From assembly GCA_033763455.1 (NCBI GenBank), contig JANRKO010000043.1:133512-197511 (forward strand): a stretch of 64,000 nucleotides of DNA, given 5' to 3'. Positions 9,770 through 19,714 of this stretch are shown piece after piece. This DNA comes from Polyangiaceae bacterium. Lineage in GTDB: Bacteria > Myxococcota_A > Polyangia > Polyangiales > Polyangiaceae. Under the pieces are notes generated by a model, which saw nothing but the letters and a program-made list of their open reading frames with translations, made no database searches and had not been told where the DNA came from. Each line of letters starts with the position of its first letter. Positions within the stretch are counted from its first letter, which is position 1. The position numbers and the translations under genes were made by a program.

Positions 9770-10429
9770 ATGAACAAGAGAAGAGCTGTTATTCAATCAG
9801 TAGGGACTGTTTTATCCGGGATTTTCATGGGGAGCGTCGCATCCGCACAAGCGCATGTCCCGGGGAGTCCTGGACTGTCGCAATGCGCACAAGCCGTGCA
9901 GTTCATGCCAGTGACGTATACGTTCCCGTCCACCACCAACACGCTTCTGACAGCGACGGTCCCCGGTAAGACATCCACGGGCAGTTGCAAAGACTACACG
10001 TGGTTGGACGTTCCAAACTGGGCAACACGTATTATCTTCCTGGCTGAATGGGCAGGTCCCAATATCAATACGCGCGACCCTGTAAGTAACGGCTGGGATT
10101 GCAAGCACAGTGCAATGACGTACGGGATTTATCGCAAGTCGAACACCACTAACACCTACGCATTGGTGGCGCAGTCTCAAGCCTATGGCGTGTTTGATGA
10201 AGCAAAAAAGCAATGCAACCACCCATTTTCAGTGCCCCAGTCAGAGGTGCCGAAGCCAGTCGGAACGCAGCTTATCGATTACAACACCTCGCCCACGAAG
10301 TACCGCTATCGCATTGCAGTCCAGGCCTGGCAGCACAACGACCCGGACTTGGCCCACCTCACTCAGGCGTGCGGGACGGCGCTGAACTGCTATTGGCCCA
10401 CCAAGGTGTCGATGGCGAGCATCCCGTAG
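9770..10429 (+). CDS. Hypothetical secreted Cys-containing protein (possible Tat signal)
   Basis: MNKRRAVIQ...ASAQA signal-like N-terminus; six Cys in the mature part. Confidence 0.65.
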   Translation: MNKRRAVIQSVGTVLSGIFMGSVASAQAHVPGSPGLSQCAQAVQFMPVTYTFPSTTNTLLTATVPGKTSTGSCKDYTWLDVPNWATRIIFLAEWAGPNINTRDPVSNGWDCKHSAMTYGIYRKSNTTNTYALVAQSQAYGVFDEAKKQCNHPFSVPQSEVPKPVGTQLIDYNTSPTKYRYRIAVQAWQHNDPDLAHLTQACGTALNCYWPTKVSMASIP

Positions 10430-10841
10430 CGTTTGGAAGAGTGCGAAGGGGCCGCTGCTGGCGTGCAACGGCCTTTCGAGTGCCGCGAATATGACGTTTG
10501 GGCGCCCGAACGATCGAGCACCGAGTACTAGCCCGCATCGGTCGCAGGCGTCTCGAGAAAGCGATCCAAAATCACAGGGCCCACCATGTCGGAGGTCACC
10601 GGCGTTGAGCCCCAAAAGAGCTCCTGCCACAAGCGCGCCCACCACCCAAACGCTCGACGACCAAGAACGCGGCATTCGAGCCGGACCATGAGCGGGCTCC
10701 CGTTTTTGGTTAAGAAGCGCCACCAATTCCCACCTTGGCTCAGCTGTTGCTTAAGGTGCCAGCTGCCGGTCGTTTGCCGATCAGGGGGGCGTGGGCGCAG
10801 GGGGAAACTGGCAGACGAAGCTAAGTGGGCTGTCCACGAGC

Positions 10842-12596
10842 TCAGCGTGCCCTAGCGCAACGAAAACCGACCTTGGGAAGGCGAGTCATTGAAAAATACT
10901 GGAAAGTAGTTCGCGCCGCAGTGTTGGCGAGGGAGGAGGCGTAGTCCTTGAAGTTTCCGCCAAGCGCTTCGCGCGCTGCATCCTGCACCGTTGGATCAGC
11001 TAAGTCTGCCCAGTCAATCTTGAGCATACCGGGTAGTGTTGGCGTGTCGCGGTACCTATCTTGCACCCACTCGGCGATGTTGCCGGCAAGGTCCAAGTGG
11101 CCCCAAGGCCCAGCCCCAGCCTGCGCGGAGCCTACCGGCGCAATGTTGTCCGCCGAGTAGCTTGAGGAGCAACTCCCTCCCAGCGACCCATAGTAGCAAT
11201 TGTGGACAGCCAGCACTGCGCTTGCCCCTGGATCGGTCTCGCCCCACGGGTACGCCCTGGCCGTTCCTCCTGTCGAGGCGTACGCCCACTCGGCTTCGGT
11301 GGGCAGCCTTCCTCCGTCCCAAATGCAGAAAGCCTGTGCCTCGTACCACGTCACCAAGTTGATGGGTTTGTTGCTGTAGGCCGCAGTATCGGTCCAGGTT
11401 TGCCTGCCCGGATTGACGGTGTTCATTGTGGTCTTGATTTCCGCTGCTGACGCAAAGAGGCGGGCGTTCCACGAGGCATCCCAACCCGGATCCAGCGTGT
11501 TGTTAGGGTTCTTCCCAGAGCCTGGGAGAACCTTTGTCGGATCATAAGCATCAAGGAAGCTGCGGAAGCGAAGGACTGTGACCTCGTAGTCGTCCAGCCT
11601 GAAGGCACTCACCGTTCGGGGGTTGTTGGGCGCAAGATCAAAGGTACCCCCGGGCACCACGGTGCTGCTGCAGCAATTACGGCCCCCCGGGCAGCTTGGC
11701 TGCCCGGGCGAACAGCTCGGAGGGAGTCCGCACACTCCAGCGCCCTGGCACACGGGGACTCCCGCCGCGCATGCTACGGCGATGCCGTATTGGCCGCTGC
11801 CGTCGCAGGTTTCCACACTGTTGCCTGAACAACGTTTGGTTCCTGGCGTACACACGCCCACGCATGCGTTCCCGCTACACGCTTGGTTTACGCAGGGCAC
11901 GGCAGCTTCGAATAGCCCGGTGGCGCCGCAGGTCTTAAGGCCATTCTCTGTGCATTGCTTTACGCCCGGTGCGCATTCCCCCACGCACGCACCGTTCACA
12001 CAAGCTTGATTGGTACAGGTTGAAACAGCCCTAGTTGTTACCAGGTCAGGGCCACACGACGTCACACTCTGTCCGTCACCACACACCAAGCTTCCGGCCA
12101 TCTTGTTTTCGCAGGCTGGCACCACTGGCGCACACGCGCCGCGGTTGCTGGTTGACGTGTCGCAATTGAAACCTGCGGTGCAGAGCCCCGCCAAGCTCCA
12201 GCGACCACTTGCACACACCAACTGGCCCTTGGCAGCGAGCCCAGCGCAGGCGAGTACTCCGTTGGGTGAGCAAGGCTCCCCGATAGTCCCCGTTCCCTCG
12301 GGGGCGCTCGAGATGCATCCACCTGCGCCCGCGCAAGCTTCAGCACCACCTACCAGCATGCCTGTGGTTCCACCGACTCCAGGCGGCATGCCTCTCGAAG
12401 CGCCAGCTGCTCCCGATACGCCTCCGGTAGTCGGGGGTGGCGGGCAAGTAAGCGTAGTGACACAGCTGTCAAAGCCGTCGTCACAACCTTGCGTCGTGTA
12501 CAGCGTCCCAGCGACGACAGACCCGACAAGCCAGATTCGAAAATTTCGCGCAACTAACTGGAGAATGCCCATGGTCATACCGTCCCCCTCGGCCAT
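10842..12596 (-). CDS. Lipoprotein with Cys-rich repeats and a C-terminal FGE-sulfatase (SUMF1/C-lectin-fold) domain
   Basis: FRLDDYEVT, VTWYEAQAFCIWDGGRLPTEAEW, DLAGNIAEWV, GFRCAR; repeated C.NQAC..G.CVG.C.PG...C units. Confidence 0.85.
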   Translation of the reverse strand: MAEGDGMTMGILQLVARNFRIWLVGSVVAGTLYTTQGCDDGFDSCVTTLTCPPPPTTGGVSGAAGASRGMPPGVGGTTGMLVGGAEACAGAGGCISSAPEGTGTIGEPCSPNGVLACAGLAAKGQLVCASGRWSLAGLCTAGFNCDTSTSNRGACAPVVPACENKMAGSLVCGDGQSVTSCGPDLVTTRAVSTCTNQACVNGACVGECAPGVKQCTENGLKTCGATGLFEAAVPCVNQACSGNACVGVCTPGTKRCSGNSVETCDGSGQYGIAVACAAGVPVCQGAGVCGLPPSCSPGQPSCPGGRNCCSSTVVPGGTFDLAPNNPRTVSAFRLDDYEVTVLRFRSFLDAYDPTKVLPGSGKNPNNTLDPGWDASWNARLFASAAEIKTTMNTVNPGRQTWTDTAAYSNKPINLVTWYEAQAFCIWDGGRLPTEAEWAYASTGGTARAYPWGETDPGASAVLAVHNCYYGSLGGSCSSSYSADNIAPVGSAQAGAGPWGHLDLAGNIAEWVQDRYRDTPTLPGMLKIDWADLADPTVQDAAREALGGNFKDYASSLANTAARTTFQYFSMTRLPKVGFRCARAR

Positions 12597-12801
12597 CGGA
12601 GGCTTCCAGTTGTCAGCTGCCTGAAAAATCCGCGAGCGTCAATGCTTCGATGGCCTCGAAACTCTCAAAGGGTACGGCTCTCCAAGGCTTTCCAGGTGCC
12701 AGCGCTGGCTTTGGTCTTGGCTGCACCCACTTCCAGTGTCTCCCCTGCCAAGGTGTAGGTCGCTCCTCGGTGTAGGAGACGGCTAAGTCAGAAGACAGGA
12801 C

Positions 12802-14235
12802 TCAGCCGAAGACTTCAGGGAGCGGACCCTTCGACTTCACCGGGGTTTCTTGCGGGTAGTACCAGTTCGGACCCATGCCATCCGAATGCTTGCCAAATTC
12901 GCCCTGCGGGATGCCAAGACTCTGGAGGAGCGCGAGGTACATGTCAAATAGCAGCGGCTGACCCTGCATCCGTACGAAACGTCCGTTGAACTTCGCCATG
13001 CTGCCCGCGTCACCCACTAGAACTGCAGGCCAACGACCGTGACCCGAGTGGTGGGTTTCACCGTTATCGCTCTGAATAAGCGCGAACGCACTTTGCACTC
13101 CCGCTGTGGCTTTCAGGGTGTTCAGCGTGGTTTGCGCCATCCCCGAGAGCCACTTATAGGTGGCGTCGATGACCGGCTTCTGAATGGGCATCTCCTTGTG
13201 CCCCACATCGCCAAGGCTCGACCCCTCTGGAATTGGAGTGTTTGTTCGCGTGAGCAGCGTGTCCACGTTCGGTCCCCAATCGTGCGAATCTCCATTACCG
13301 ACGTCTACGCACATTACGTTCGTCATCCCGCAGAGCAGAGCAATGGCGCCCATGGTCTGGAGGGATTCGAGCACAGGTACAGCATCCCCCGCTTGCGTTT
13401 GGGTTGTCGCTGCAGGCGTCGAGCAGGTGAGGCTGCTCGCGGCGGCCAGGCTCTTCTCGTAGGACTCGATGGTGGCCAGGTACTGACTGAGCTTGTTCTT
13501 TTCAGGGCCCGCAAGTTGGCTCTCAAGCCTCGGAATATCGTAGCGCAGGCCGTCGAATAGCAAGCGGTTGCGGTTGTTGGGCTTTCCCATGCCACCGGCG
13601 CTAGCCATTGCACTTCCAAAAAGGTCTTTGAACAGTAAAGACGGATTCTGGAAGGCCGAGATGGGCTTGTCCGGACCAAGAGCAAAAGACATATCCTTCA
13701 TGTCCTGATCTTGGTGGCTCGAGATCCCGACAAGAATCGACTTTCGAGGGGCGTCAGCACTGAGCGTGTTGGCGACGTGCTGATCGAAACTAATGCCGCC
13801 AGGCTTCAAATGGTCGATATCTGTTCCGGGTACGCAGGTAAGGGCCATATAGCCCATACTGTGGCCGCCATCCTCACCCTTACGAGGATGGTTTTGGAAG
13901 CCGTCGAGCATGAGCACTTGGCTCTTATCTAGGGGGCTAAATGCTTCCGGCAATGTAAAGTCGGTGGTGTTGGCAGAGCTAGACGGACTTGGAATGCCCT
14001 CGTTCAAAGTATTATTGTCTTGCAGGGCACCGCCGGGCGAGAAGATGTAGCCGGGGTTAATCCCATTCGGCGCCGAGAAGTAAAGGAAGATTCGGCGGCC
14101 ATTTGCTTGGCCCTGGGCCTCTCGGATCAGGTTTTTAGCGAGTGGACCGAGGAGGGAGGCACCCATGCCTAAGCCCATTTTCTGGACGAAGGACCTACGG
14201 CTGAATGAAACAGATGTGCGGCTGAAGTTGGCCAT
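12802..14235 (-). CDS. DUF1552 family protein (Tat-exported)
   Basis: SRRSFV twin-arginine motif, PNG, GISFDQ, LLCGMTNV, SDNGETHH; downstream of a DUF1592-type gene. Confidence 0.85.
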   Translation of the reverse strand: MANFSRTSVSFSRRSFVQKMGLGMGASLLGPLAKNLIREAQGQANGRRIFLYFSAPNGINPGYIFSPGGALQDNNTLNEGIPSPSSSANTTDFTLPEAFSPLDKSQVLMLDGFQNHPRKGEDGGHSMGYMALTCVPGTDIDHLKPGGISFDQHVANTLSADAPRKSILVGISSHQDQDMKDMSFALGPDKPISAFQNPSLLFKDLFGSAMASAGGMGKPNNRNRLLFDGLRYDIPRLESQLAGPEKNKLSQYLATIESYEKSLAAASSLTCSTPAATTQTQAGDAVPVLESLQTMGAIALLCGMTNVMCVDVGNGDSHDWGPNVDTLLTRTNTPIPEGSSLGDVGHKEMPIQKPVIDATYKWLSGMAQTTLNTLKATAGVQSAFALIQSDNGETHHSGHGRWPAVLVGDAGSMAKFNGRFVRMQGQPLLFDMYLALLQSLGIPQGEFGKHSDGMGPNWYYPQETPVKSKGPLPEVFG

Positions 14236-14244
14236 GGGGACTCC

Positions 14245-16095
14245 TTAGAAACTCCGCTTCAAGAACGAGGGAGAGGTTGCGAGAGAGGACACGAACTCGA
14301 CGTAGCTGCCGGCGGTTCCGTAGGCATCTTTGGCGGCCTTGAGGCTGCATTGGTCAGCTTCTGTTTCGTTGCGTCCGAGGAAGTAACGGAAGCCATTGCG
14401 CATCACACATTCCTGGATGCGAGTGGTTCCGCCCAGCTTGGTGGAGAGGTCCACGCCATCCGTGAACGCGACGCTAGCGTCGTCCACGCCAACTAGCGTG
14501 CCGCTGGCGTCGACCGTCTTGCCGACATGCGTCGTCCTGAAGGTACCGAGCGTATCGTACTTCTCGAACGCCAACCCAGGTTCGTCAAGGAGTGAGTGAC
14601 ATGGCATGCAGGATGCGTTGAAGCTCGCGTGCACTGCCAGCTTCTCACGCATGGTGAGATCGGTGGTGTCTCCGAGCGGAGGTACGCCGTCGATCGGCAC
14701 CGCCGGAATCTCACGGCAGAGGACATCTTCATTCATGAACAGGCCACGCCGAACAGGCTTCGTGTCGTCCCGGGTCGCCATCTGCCCGAGCCATGCCGGG
14801 CTGGTGAGAAAACCTGCTCGTTGACCGGCTGGAGCCGCCATCTTCGCAAGAGGCGCAGATGTCTGCGGAGCCCCGGTGAGCCCCAGAATACTTTCTGAGG
14901 TGCAATCTACGAAGGTGTCGGCCGTGGTAAACAACGCTTGAATAAACCCGCCGTTCGCCTTGTTCGTGTAGACGTCGTCCACGAGCGCTTCCGCCTGCAT
15001 CACCAAACGGCCCTTGTCGTACTTACAGGGCGAAGCTTCACCCATGTCGGCGGCTTTGGCGACGCCGGTAATCCCACGCAACTTGAAGTATTCCGTCACG
15101 AAGTTGCGCGCGCCATAGGCGCCCGGGCTGGCCATAATTCGGACTACTTGAGCCTTGATGGCTTCGGGTGTCGTGAGCATTCCCTGCTCCGCCGCTGCCC
15201 ACAGTTCAGCATCGGGGGGAGCCTCAGTGAGGGTGTAAGCTAGCATCTGGCTAACTTCATGGGACGTTAGCTGATATTCACCCGCTGTACCCGTAGCGGC
15301 TCCTAGCTCGGGCTTGAATACGAACTGGGGAGCGAGAAGGAGAGATTGAAAAGCGATCTCCAGGGCCTCTTCCACTGGAACTCCAGGAACACTTTGGGCG
15401 GGATCCCCAGCAAGAGCATCCGTGAAGATCTTCACGTAGTGAGCCTGCTCATCGGCAGCCAACGGGCGCCTGAAGAGGATTGAGCCCTTCTCCTGGAGGA
15501 GCGTTCCGGCGCAGGCCGCATCTTTGGTGGCCCCCCAACAGGTGCCTCCAACAGCCCCAACCATTTGTTTGGCAATTTCAGCAGTGCTCGTCCAAGACGC
15601 ACGAAACTCAGCGTCGGAAACGGTGGTGAGGCCTGACTCGGTGGAGTAGCGGGTGTCCGCTTGGGTAAGCGGATTGGCGAAGTTCGCAGCGACTGCCGGC
15701 AATGGCTGAGCGCTCGAGCGCCGGCCAACCAGGGCCGCTGTGACGGTGTTTGCGTATTCCGTAGGATTCAAGCGCCAAGCACGGCGAGGGCCAAGGGCCT
15801 TTGATTCAGTGCCGTCACATACGAACCCTTTAAAACCCGGGGCCATAGGGCCAACCGGGCCTGGGTCCACGGTCCCTGGCGTTGCTCCAGTACCTGATCC
15901 GTTCCCGCCTGTCGTGGAAGGCGCGCCACCGGCGCCGGGCGTCCCGGGCCCGCTACCAGCGCCGCCAGTGCTACCGGCGACGGGCGTGGTCGGCGTGGTT
16001 CCCGTTGGGTTCGTTCGCCTGTCGGGGCCCGAAACAGATGATGTGCAGGCACTTGCAGCGAAGGCAAGGCACGTTGTCATGAGGAGGAAACGCAT
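14245..16095 (-). CDS. DUF1587/1595/1592/1588/1585 (PSD/PSCyt) lipoprotein with a CxxCH heme motif
   Basis: WRLNPTEYANTV, FRRPL, PPDAEL, PVRRG, CMPCH, GLAFEKYD..G.FR, VDASG; GGAG before ATG 16095. Confidence 0.88.
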   Translation of the reverse strand: MRFLLMTTCLAFAASACTSSVSGPDRRTNPTGTTPTTPVAGSTGGAGSGPGTPGAGGAPSTTGGNGSGTGATPGTVDPGPVGPMAPGFKGFVCDGTESKALGPRRAWRLNPTEYANTVTAALVGRRSSAQPLPAVAANFANPLTQADTRYSTESGLTTVSDAEFRASWTSTAEIAKQMVGAVGGTCWGATKDAACAGTLLQEKGSILFRRPLAADEQAHYVKIFTDALAGDPAQSVPGVPVEEALEIAFQSLLLAPQFVFKPELGAATGTAGEYQLTSHEVSQMLAYTLTEAPPDAELWAAAEQGMLTTPEAIKAQVVRIMASPGAYGARNFVTEYFKLRGITGVAKAADMGEASPCKYDKGRLVMQAEALVDDVYTNKANGGFIQALFTTADTFVDCTSESILGLTGAPQTSAPLAKMAAPAGQRAGFLTSPAWLGQMATRDDTKPVRRGLFMNEDVLCREIPAVPIDGVPPLGDTTDLTMREKLAVHASFNASCMPCHSLLDEPGLAFEKYDTLGTFRTTHVGKTVDASGTLVGVDDASVAFTDGVDLSTKLGGTTRIQECVMRNGFRYFLGRNETEADQCSLKAAKDAYGTAGSYVEFVSSLATSPSFLKRSF

Positions 16096-16315
16096 CGTCA
16101 CGATCTCCATCCGCGGGTCTTGAGCAAATCCCCAAGCGCACACGGGCTAGGTAGTTAAGAGTAGGTTACGTCTTGCCCCTCATACCGTCAAGCTGGATAT
16201 GCTTTCCTAAATGTCCATACCGGGAATACCGCCTGAAACTTACTCGGCCGAACCGCGTCCCCCACGGCGCTCGAGGGCGCTCGAGTTTTTCGTTCAAAAA
16301 GGGCCATGCCCTGGT

Positions 16316-16338
16316 ACAAATTGGTGTGGCGAATTTGT
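16316..16338. promoter_or_regulatory. Inverted repeat ACAAATT-N9-AATTTGT in the divergent DUF1592/purM intergenic region
   Basis: Sequence reads acaaatt ggtgtggcg aatttgt within an AT-rich patch. Confidence 0.35.
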
Positions 16339-16439
16339 GCTATGTAATAGGCTAAATTTAGAGAATTTTCCATTCTGAGCGGGTAGTCAGCGCTGAGCCC
16401 ACGGGTGCGTTGGAGCGCTGCTTGATATAAGCCCCGGCC

Positions 16440-17477
16440 ATGGCTGTGACCTATCGAGATGCCGGTGTCGATATCGACCGTGGAGATGAATTGGTGGAGC
16501 GAATTAAGCCGCTCGCGCAGAAGACGCGAACAGCCCACGTGCTGGAAGGCATAGGGGGATTTGCTGGGCTTTGCGACATTCCGAAGGATATTGCGGATCC
16601 CGTACTGGTGAGTGGCACCGATGGTGTAGGCACCAAACTCAAGGTGGCATTCGCAACGGGTAAGCACGACACCATCGGGCAGGATTTGGTCGCGATGTGC
16701 GTGAACGATGTGGTGACAACGGGGGCGCGGCCGCTGTTCTTTCTCGACTACTTCGGTTGTGGTCGACTCGATCTCGGAGTGGCGGAGGCTGTGGTGGGTT
16801 CCATTGCCCACGGGTGTGAACTTGCGGAGTGCGCTCTTTTGGGCGGTGAAACCGCGGAGCTTCCCGGAATGTACACGGATGGGGAGTATGACTTAGCTGG
16901 CTTCTCTGTGGGTGTGGTGGCGCGCGCCAGCATCCTTGGCCCAAAACGTGTCATGCCGGATGACGTCTTGATCGGAGTAGCGGCTTCCGGGCTGCATTCG
17001 AATGGCTATTCGCTGGCCCGCACCGTGGCTGAACGGGCCGGCATCGCGTTTTCCGACCATGTTCCGGAGCTCGGCGGGACACTCGGTGACGTTTACCTGA
17101 CGCCAACACGGATCTACGTGAAGGCTGTGCGTGAGTTGCTGGCTCGGGTTGGGTCCGATGTGCACGCGCTTTGCCACGTTACTGGCGGCGGTATTGTTGG
17201 GAATTTGCCACGTGTTCTGCCCAAAGGGCTCGTAGCGGACGTTCGGTTGCCCAAAGAGCGGCCGCCTGTATTCGATTGGTTGGCACGCACAGGCCCGGTT
17301 GAGCCGGATGAGATGGCAAAGACCTTCAACCTGGGCGTCGGGCTTATTGCCGTCGTGAGTCGGAGTGCGCTCGGTGCGGCGCTTGCTGCGCTGACGTCCG
17401 CGGGGGAGCGCGCTTTTGAGTTGGGAGCGCTGCGCGCAGGCAACGCGAACGCTGCAAGCTGGGTTGAGCTTTCCTGA
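16440..17477 (+). CDS. purM: Phosphoribosylformylglycinamidine cyclo-ligase
   Basis: YRDAGVDI, TDGVGTK, GGETAELPG, SGLHSNGYSL, HVTGGG, TFNLGVG. Confidence 0.97.
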   Translation: MAVTYRDAGVDIDRGDELVERIKPLAQKTRTAHVLEGIGGFAGLCDIPKDIADPVLVSGTDGVGTKLKVAFATGKHDTIGQDLVAMCVNDVVTTGARPLFFLDYFGCGRLDLGVAEAVVGSIAHGCELAECALLGGETAELPGMYTDGEYDLAGFSVGVVARASILGPKRVMPDDVLIGVAASGLHSNGYSLARTVAERAGIAFSDHVPELGGTLGDVYLTPTRIYVKAVRELLARVGSDVHALCHVTGGGIVGNLPRVLPKGLVADVRLPKERPPVFDWLARTGPVEPDEMAKTFNLGVGLIAVVSRSALGAALAALTSAGERAFELGALRAGNANAASWVELS

Positions 17478-17491
17478 GAGATAGCCAAGCC

Positions 17492-18121
17492 ATGGAGCCG
17501 CTCAAACTAGGTGTTCTGGTCTCAGGCAATGGGACCAACTTGCAAGCAATCCTGGACGCTATCGAAAACGACGGACTGAGTGCCCAGGTGTGCGTGGTTA
17601 TTTCCAACAAGGCCCAAGCGTTCGGCCTTGAGCGAGCTCGTAGAGCAGGGGTGCCAGCTGTCGCTATTTCGCATCTGGAGTATGGTTCGCGCGAGGAGTT
17701 TGATGGTGCACTCGTGCGCGAGCTCAAGCGCCACGGAGTAGAGTGGGTGGTTCTCGCAGGCTTCATGCGCATCGTTACAGAGGTGCTGTTGAATGCGTAT
17801 CCCGATCGAGTGGTGAATATTCATCCGGCGCTGCTACCCTCTTTTCCTGGGGTGTCGGCTCAAGGTCAGGCCATTGCTTACGGGGTGAAGCTTACGGGCT
17901 GCACGGTGCATTTTGTCGAATCTGGGGTCGATTCTGGCCCCATTATCGCTCAGCGCGCGCTTGAGGTTCTGCCAGAAGACGACGAACGCTCGCTTACCGA
18001 GCGGCTGCTCAAGGTGGAGCACGGGTTGCTAGTGGACGTGCTTCAACGCCTAGCGCTCAACAAAGTTCAGCTCGAAGATCGGTTGGCTGAGCGGCGCCGA
18101 GTACGGGTGGATTGGGCGTGA
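17492..18121 (+). CDS. purN: Phosphoribosylglycinamide formyltransferase
   Basis: SGNGTNLQA, LAGFMRI, NIHPALLPSFPG, GCTVHFV, DSGPII. Confidence 0.97.
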   Translation: MEPLKLGVLVSGNGTNLQAILDAIENDGLSAQVCVVISNKAQAFGLERARRAGVPAVAISHLEYGSREEFDGALVRELKRHGVEWVVLAGFMRIVTEVLLNAYPDRVVNIHPALLPSFPGVSAQGQAIAYGVKLTGCTVHFVESGVDSGPIIAQRALEVLPEDDERSLTERLLKVEHGLLVDVLQRLALNKVQLEDRLAERRRVRVDWA

Positions 18122-18149
18122 AGCAACTGGCAAGAGTGCAAGGAATCGC

Positions 18150-19712
18150 GTGACGCGCCACTTCGACGTAGTGGTTCTTGGGCGGAGCCTCGGCTCGTTG
18201 TCTGCGGCTGCACTCTTAGCGCGCCGTGATTTTCGCGTGCTCCTTTTGGGGCAAGGCCAACGGCCTCAAGCGTACTCGTTCGAGCAACGTGTATTTTGTA
18301 GGCGAGCATTTTCGATGTTGTTTGCCTCTTCGCCAGTGTTCAAGCGGCTACTTCAAGAGCTGGCACAGACGCAGCGCTTTCGTCAGAGAGTGCGCGATCT
18401 AGACCCGATGTTTTGCTTTCTAGGCACCGGAAGGCGAGTGCAGGTTCCGCCCGACATGCAGCTATTCGCGCGCGAGGTTGAGCGCGAATTCCCCGAGGTG
18501 CGGCAACTGGTGGAAGAGCTGTATTCGTCATTTGCCTCGGTGAATGCCGCAGCAGACGCCGTTTTCGAACGTGACGCCGCCTGGCCGCCAGGGACCTTCT
18601 GGGAACGCTTTGAAACCAATAGGCTAGCAGCTGCGCTTCCGCTTACTTCTAAGGTCCAATCGCGAGATTTGCTCGGTAGGTTTCCGCCCGGGCACCCCTT
18701 CAGCAAGCTTGTAGGGCTGCCCGCTGTTGCCGCCTGCGATCTTGCGGTTTCGTATGAGGAGCTGCCTCCCTTTGCTTTGGCTCGTTTACATGGATCTTGG
18801 ACGCGTGGGGTTCAAGAGCTGCCCGGTGGTGAGGAAGAGCTCGTGCGTTTTCTCGTCGACCGAATAAAAGCCCACGGCGGCGAATGTTGGCTTGAGGCGC
18901 GCGCGCGCGAGGTGGTGGTTCGCCGAGGGCGCGCCGTTGGGGTGCGGTTGGATGGCGATGAGGAGCCGACGGGAGCCGGCGCGATTGTGTGCGATTTACC
19001 TGGCGAAGGCTTGGCGGAGTTGGCAGGTGGCGCTGGCATCACCAAGGACGCTCAAAAATCTTGGCCGCGGGTTGCTGCGAGGGTTGGGCGCTTTGTGGTG
19101 AGTGTGGTCGTGAAAGAGAAGCTATTGCCGGAGCCGCTAGGGCACCACGCGTTCCTACTTCCAGATTCCAGCACAGCGGGGTCACAGCGGCGCCCTCCGG
19201 TACAATTGCAGGTGTTCGATGCCAAGATGCTCCTCCCCGCAGCGGGCGTGGAAGGCGAAAAGCTTCTGGTGGCGGAGATGTTGCTTCCTCGGAGCGGCCC
19301 GCTCACCGTGTTGGAAGCCAGGGAGGCGGTGCTCGACACGCTGCGCGAGCATTTCCCTTTCCTTAACGAACACTTGGTAATGGTGGATTCCCCGCACGAT
19401 GGGCTTCCTCTCTACCTGTATGAGGGCGGGCGTAAGCGTGAGATGGATCGCGTGCACGTTCGCGGAAGCTCTCCGGAAGCCGAAGCTATGCAGTGGCAAT
19501 GGGCGGTTGAGCCTTCCGGCTACCTGGGCCTCGGCGGAGAACCGGTGCGTGGCCCAATTCCTGGAACTTACCTCGTTGGCACCACTGTGCTGCCGGGCTT
19601 GGGGCAGGAGGGGCAGCTGCTCGCGGCACAGAGCGCCGTTCGGATCATCACGCACAAGGATCGCGCTCGGCAGAAGTTGCGGCGCCAAATGTGGACCAAG
19701 GTTGAAACCTGA
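18150..19712 (+). CDS. Phytoene-desaturase-like FAD/NAD(P) oxidoreductase (degenerate Rossmann motif)
   Basis: FDVVVLGRSLGSLSAAALLAR; C-terminal YLVG..VLPGLGQEG. Confidence 0.7.
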   Translation: MTRHFDVVVLGRSLGSLSAAALLARRDFRVLLLGQGQRPQAYSFEQRVFCRRAFSMLFASSPVFKRLLQELAQTQRFRQRVRDLDPMFCFLGTGRRVQVPPDMQLFAREVEREFPEVRQLVEELYSSFASVNAAADAVFERDAAWPPGTFWERFETNRLAAALPLTSKVQSRDLLGRFPPGHPFSKLVGLPAVAACDLAVSYEELPPFALARLHGSWTRGVQELPGGEEELVRFLVDRIKAHGGECWLEARAREVVVRRGRAVGVRLDGDEEPTGAGAIVCDLPGEGLAELAGGAGITKDAQKSWPRVAARVGRFVVSVVVKEKLLPEPLGHHAFLLPDSSTAGSQRRPPVQLQVFDAKMLLPAAGVEGEKLLVAEMLLPRSGPLTVLEAREAVLDTLREHFPFLNEHLVMVDSPHDGLPLYLYEGGRKREMDRVHVRGSSPEAEAMQWQWAVEPSGYLGLGGEPVRGPIPGTYLVGTTVLPGLGQEGQLLAAQSAVRIITHKDRARQKLRRQMWTKVET

Positions 19713-19714
19713 GC

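Noticed and set aside
10241..10726. 161-aa minus-strand ORF with one hydrophobic stretch
   Set aside because: It overlaps the 9770 gene and has no recognisable motif; it may be a remnant but cannot be supported.
10842..11100. Diversity-generating retroelement target (FGE/C-lectin C-terminus)
   Set aside because: I saw no template repeat with adenine-specific mismatches and no DGR reverse transcriptase in the window.
12735..12790. Possible structured RNA between the DUF1552 and FGE genes
   Set aside because: Only short GTCTCC/GGAGAC arms; no recognisable riboswitch or ncRNA motif.
16349..16359. AGGCTAAATTT match to the 57658 operator
   Set aside because: A single 11-bp match with no array or AAA_14 gene nearby; likely chance.
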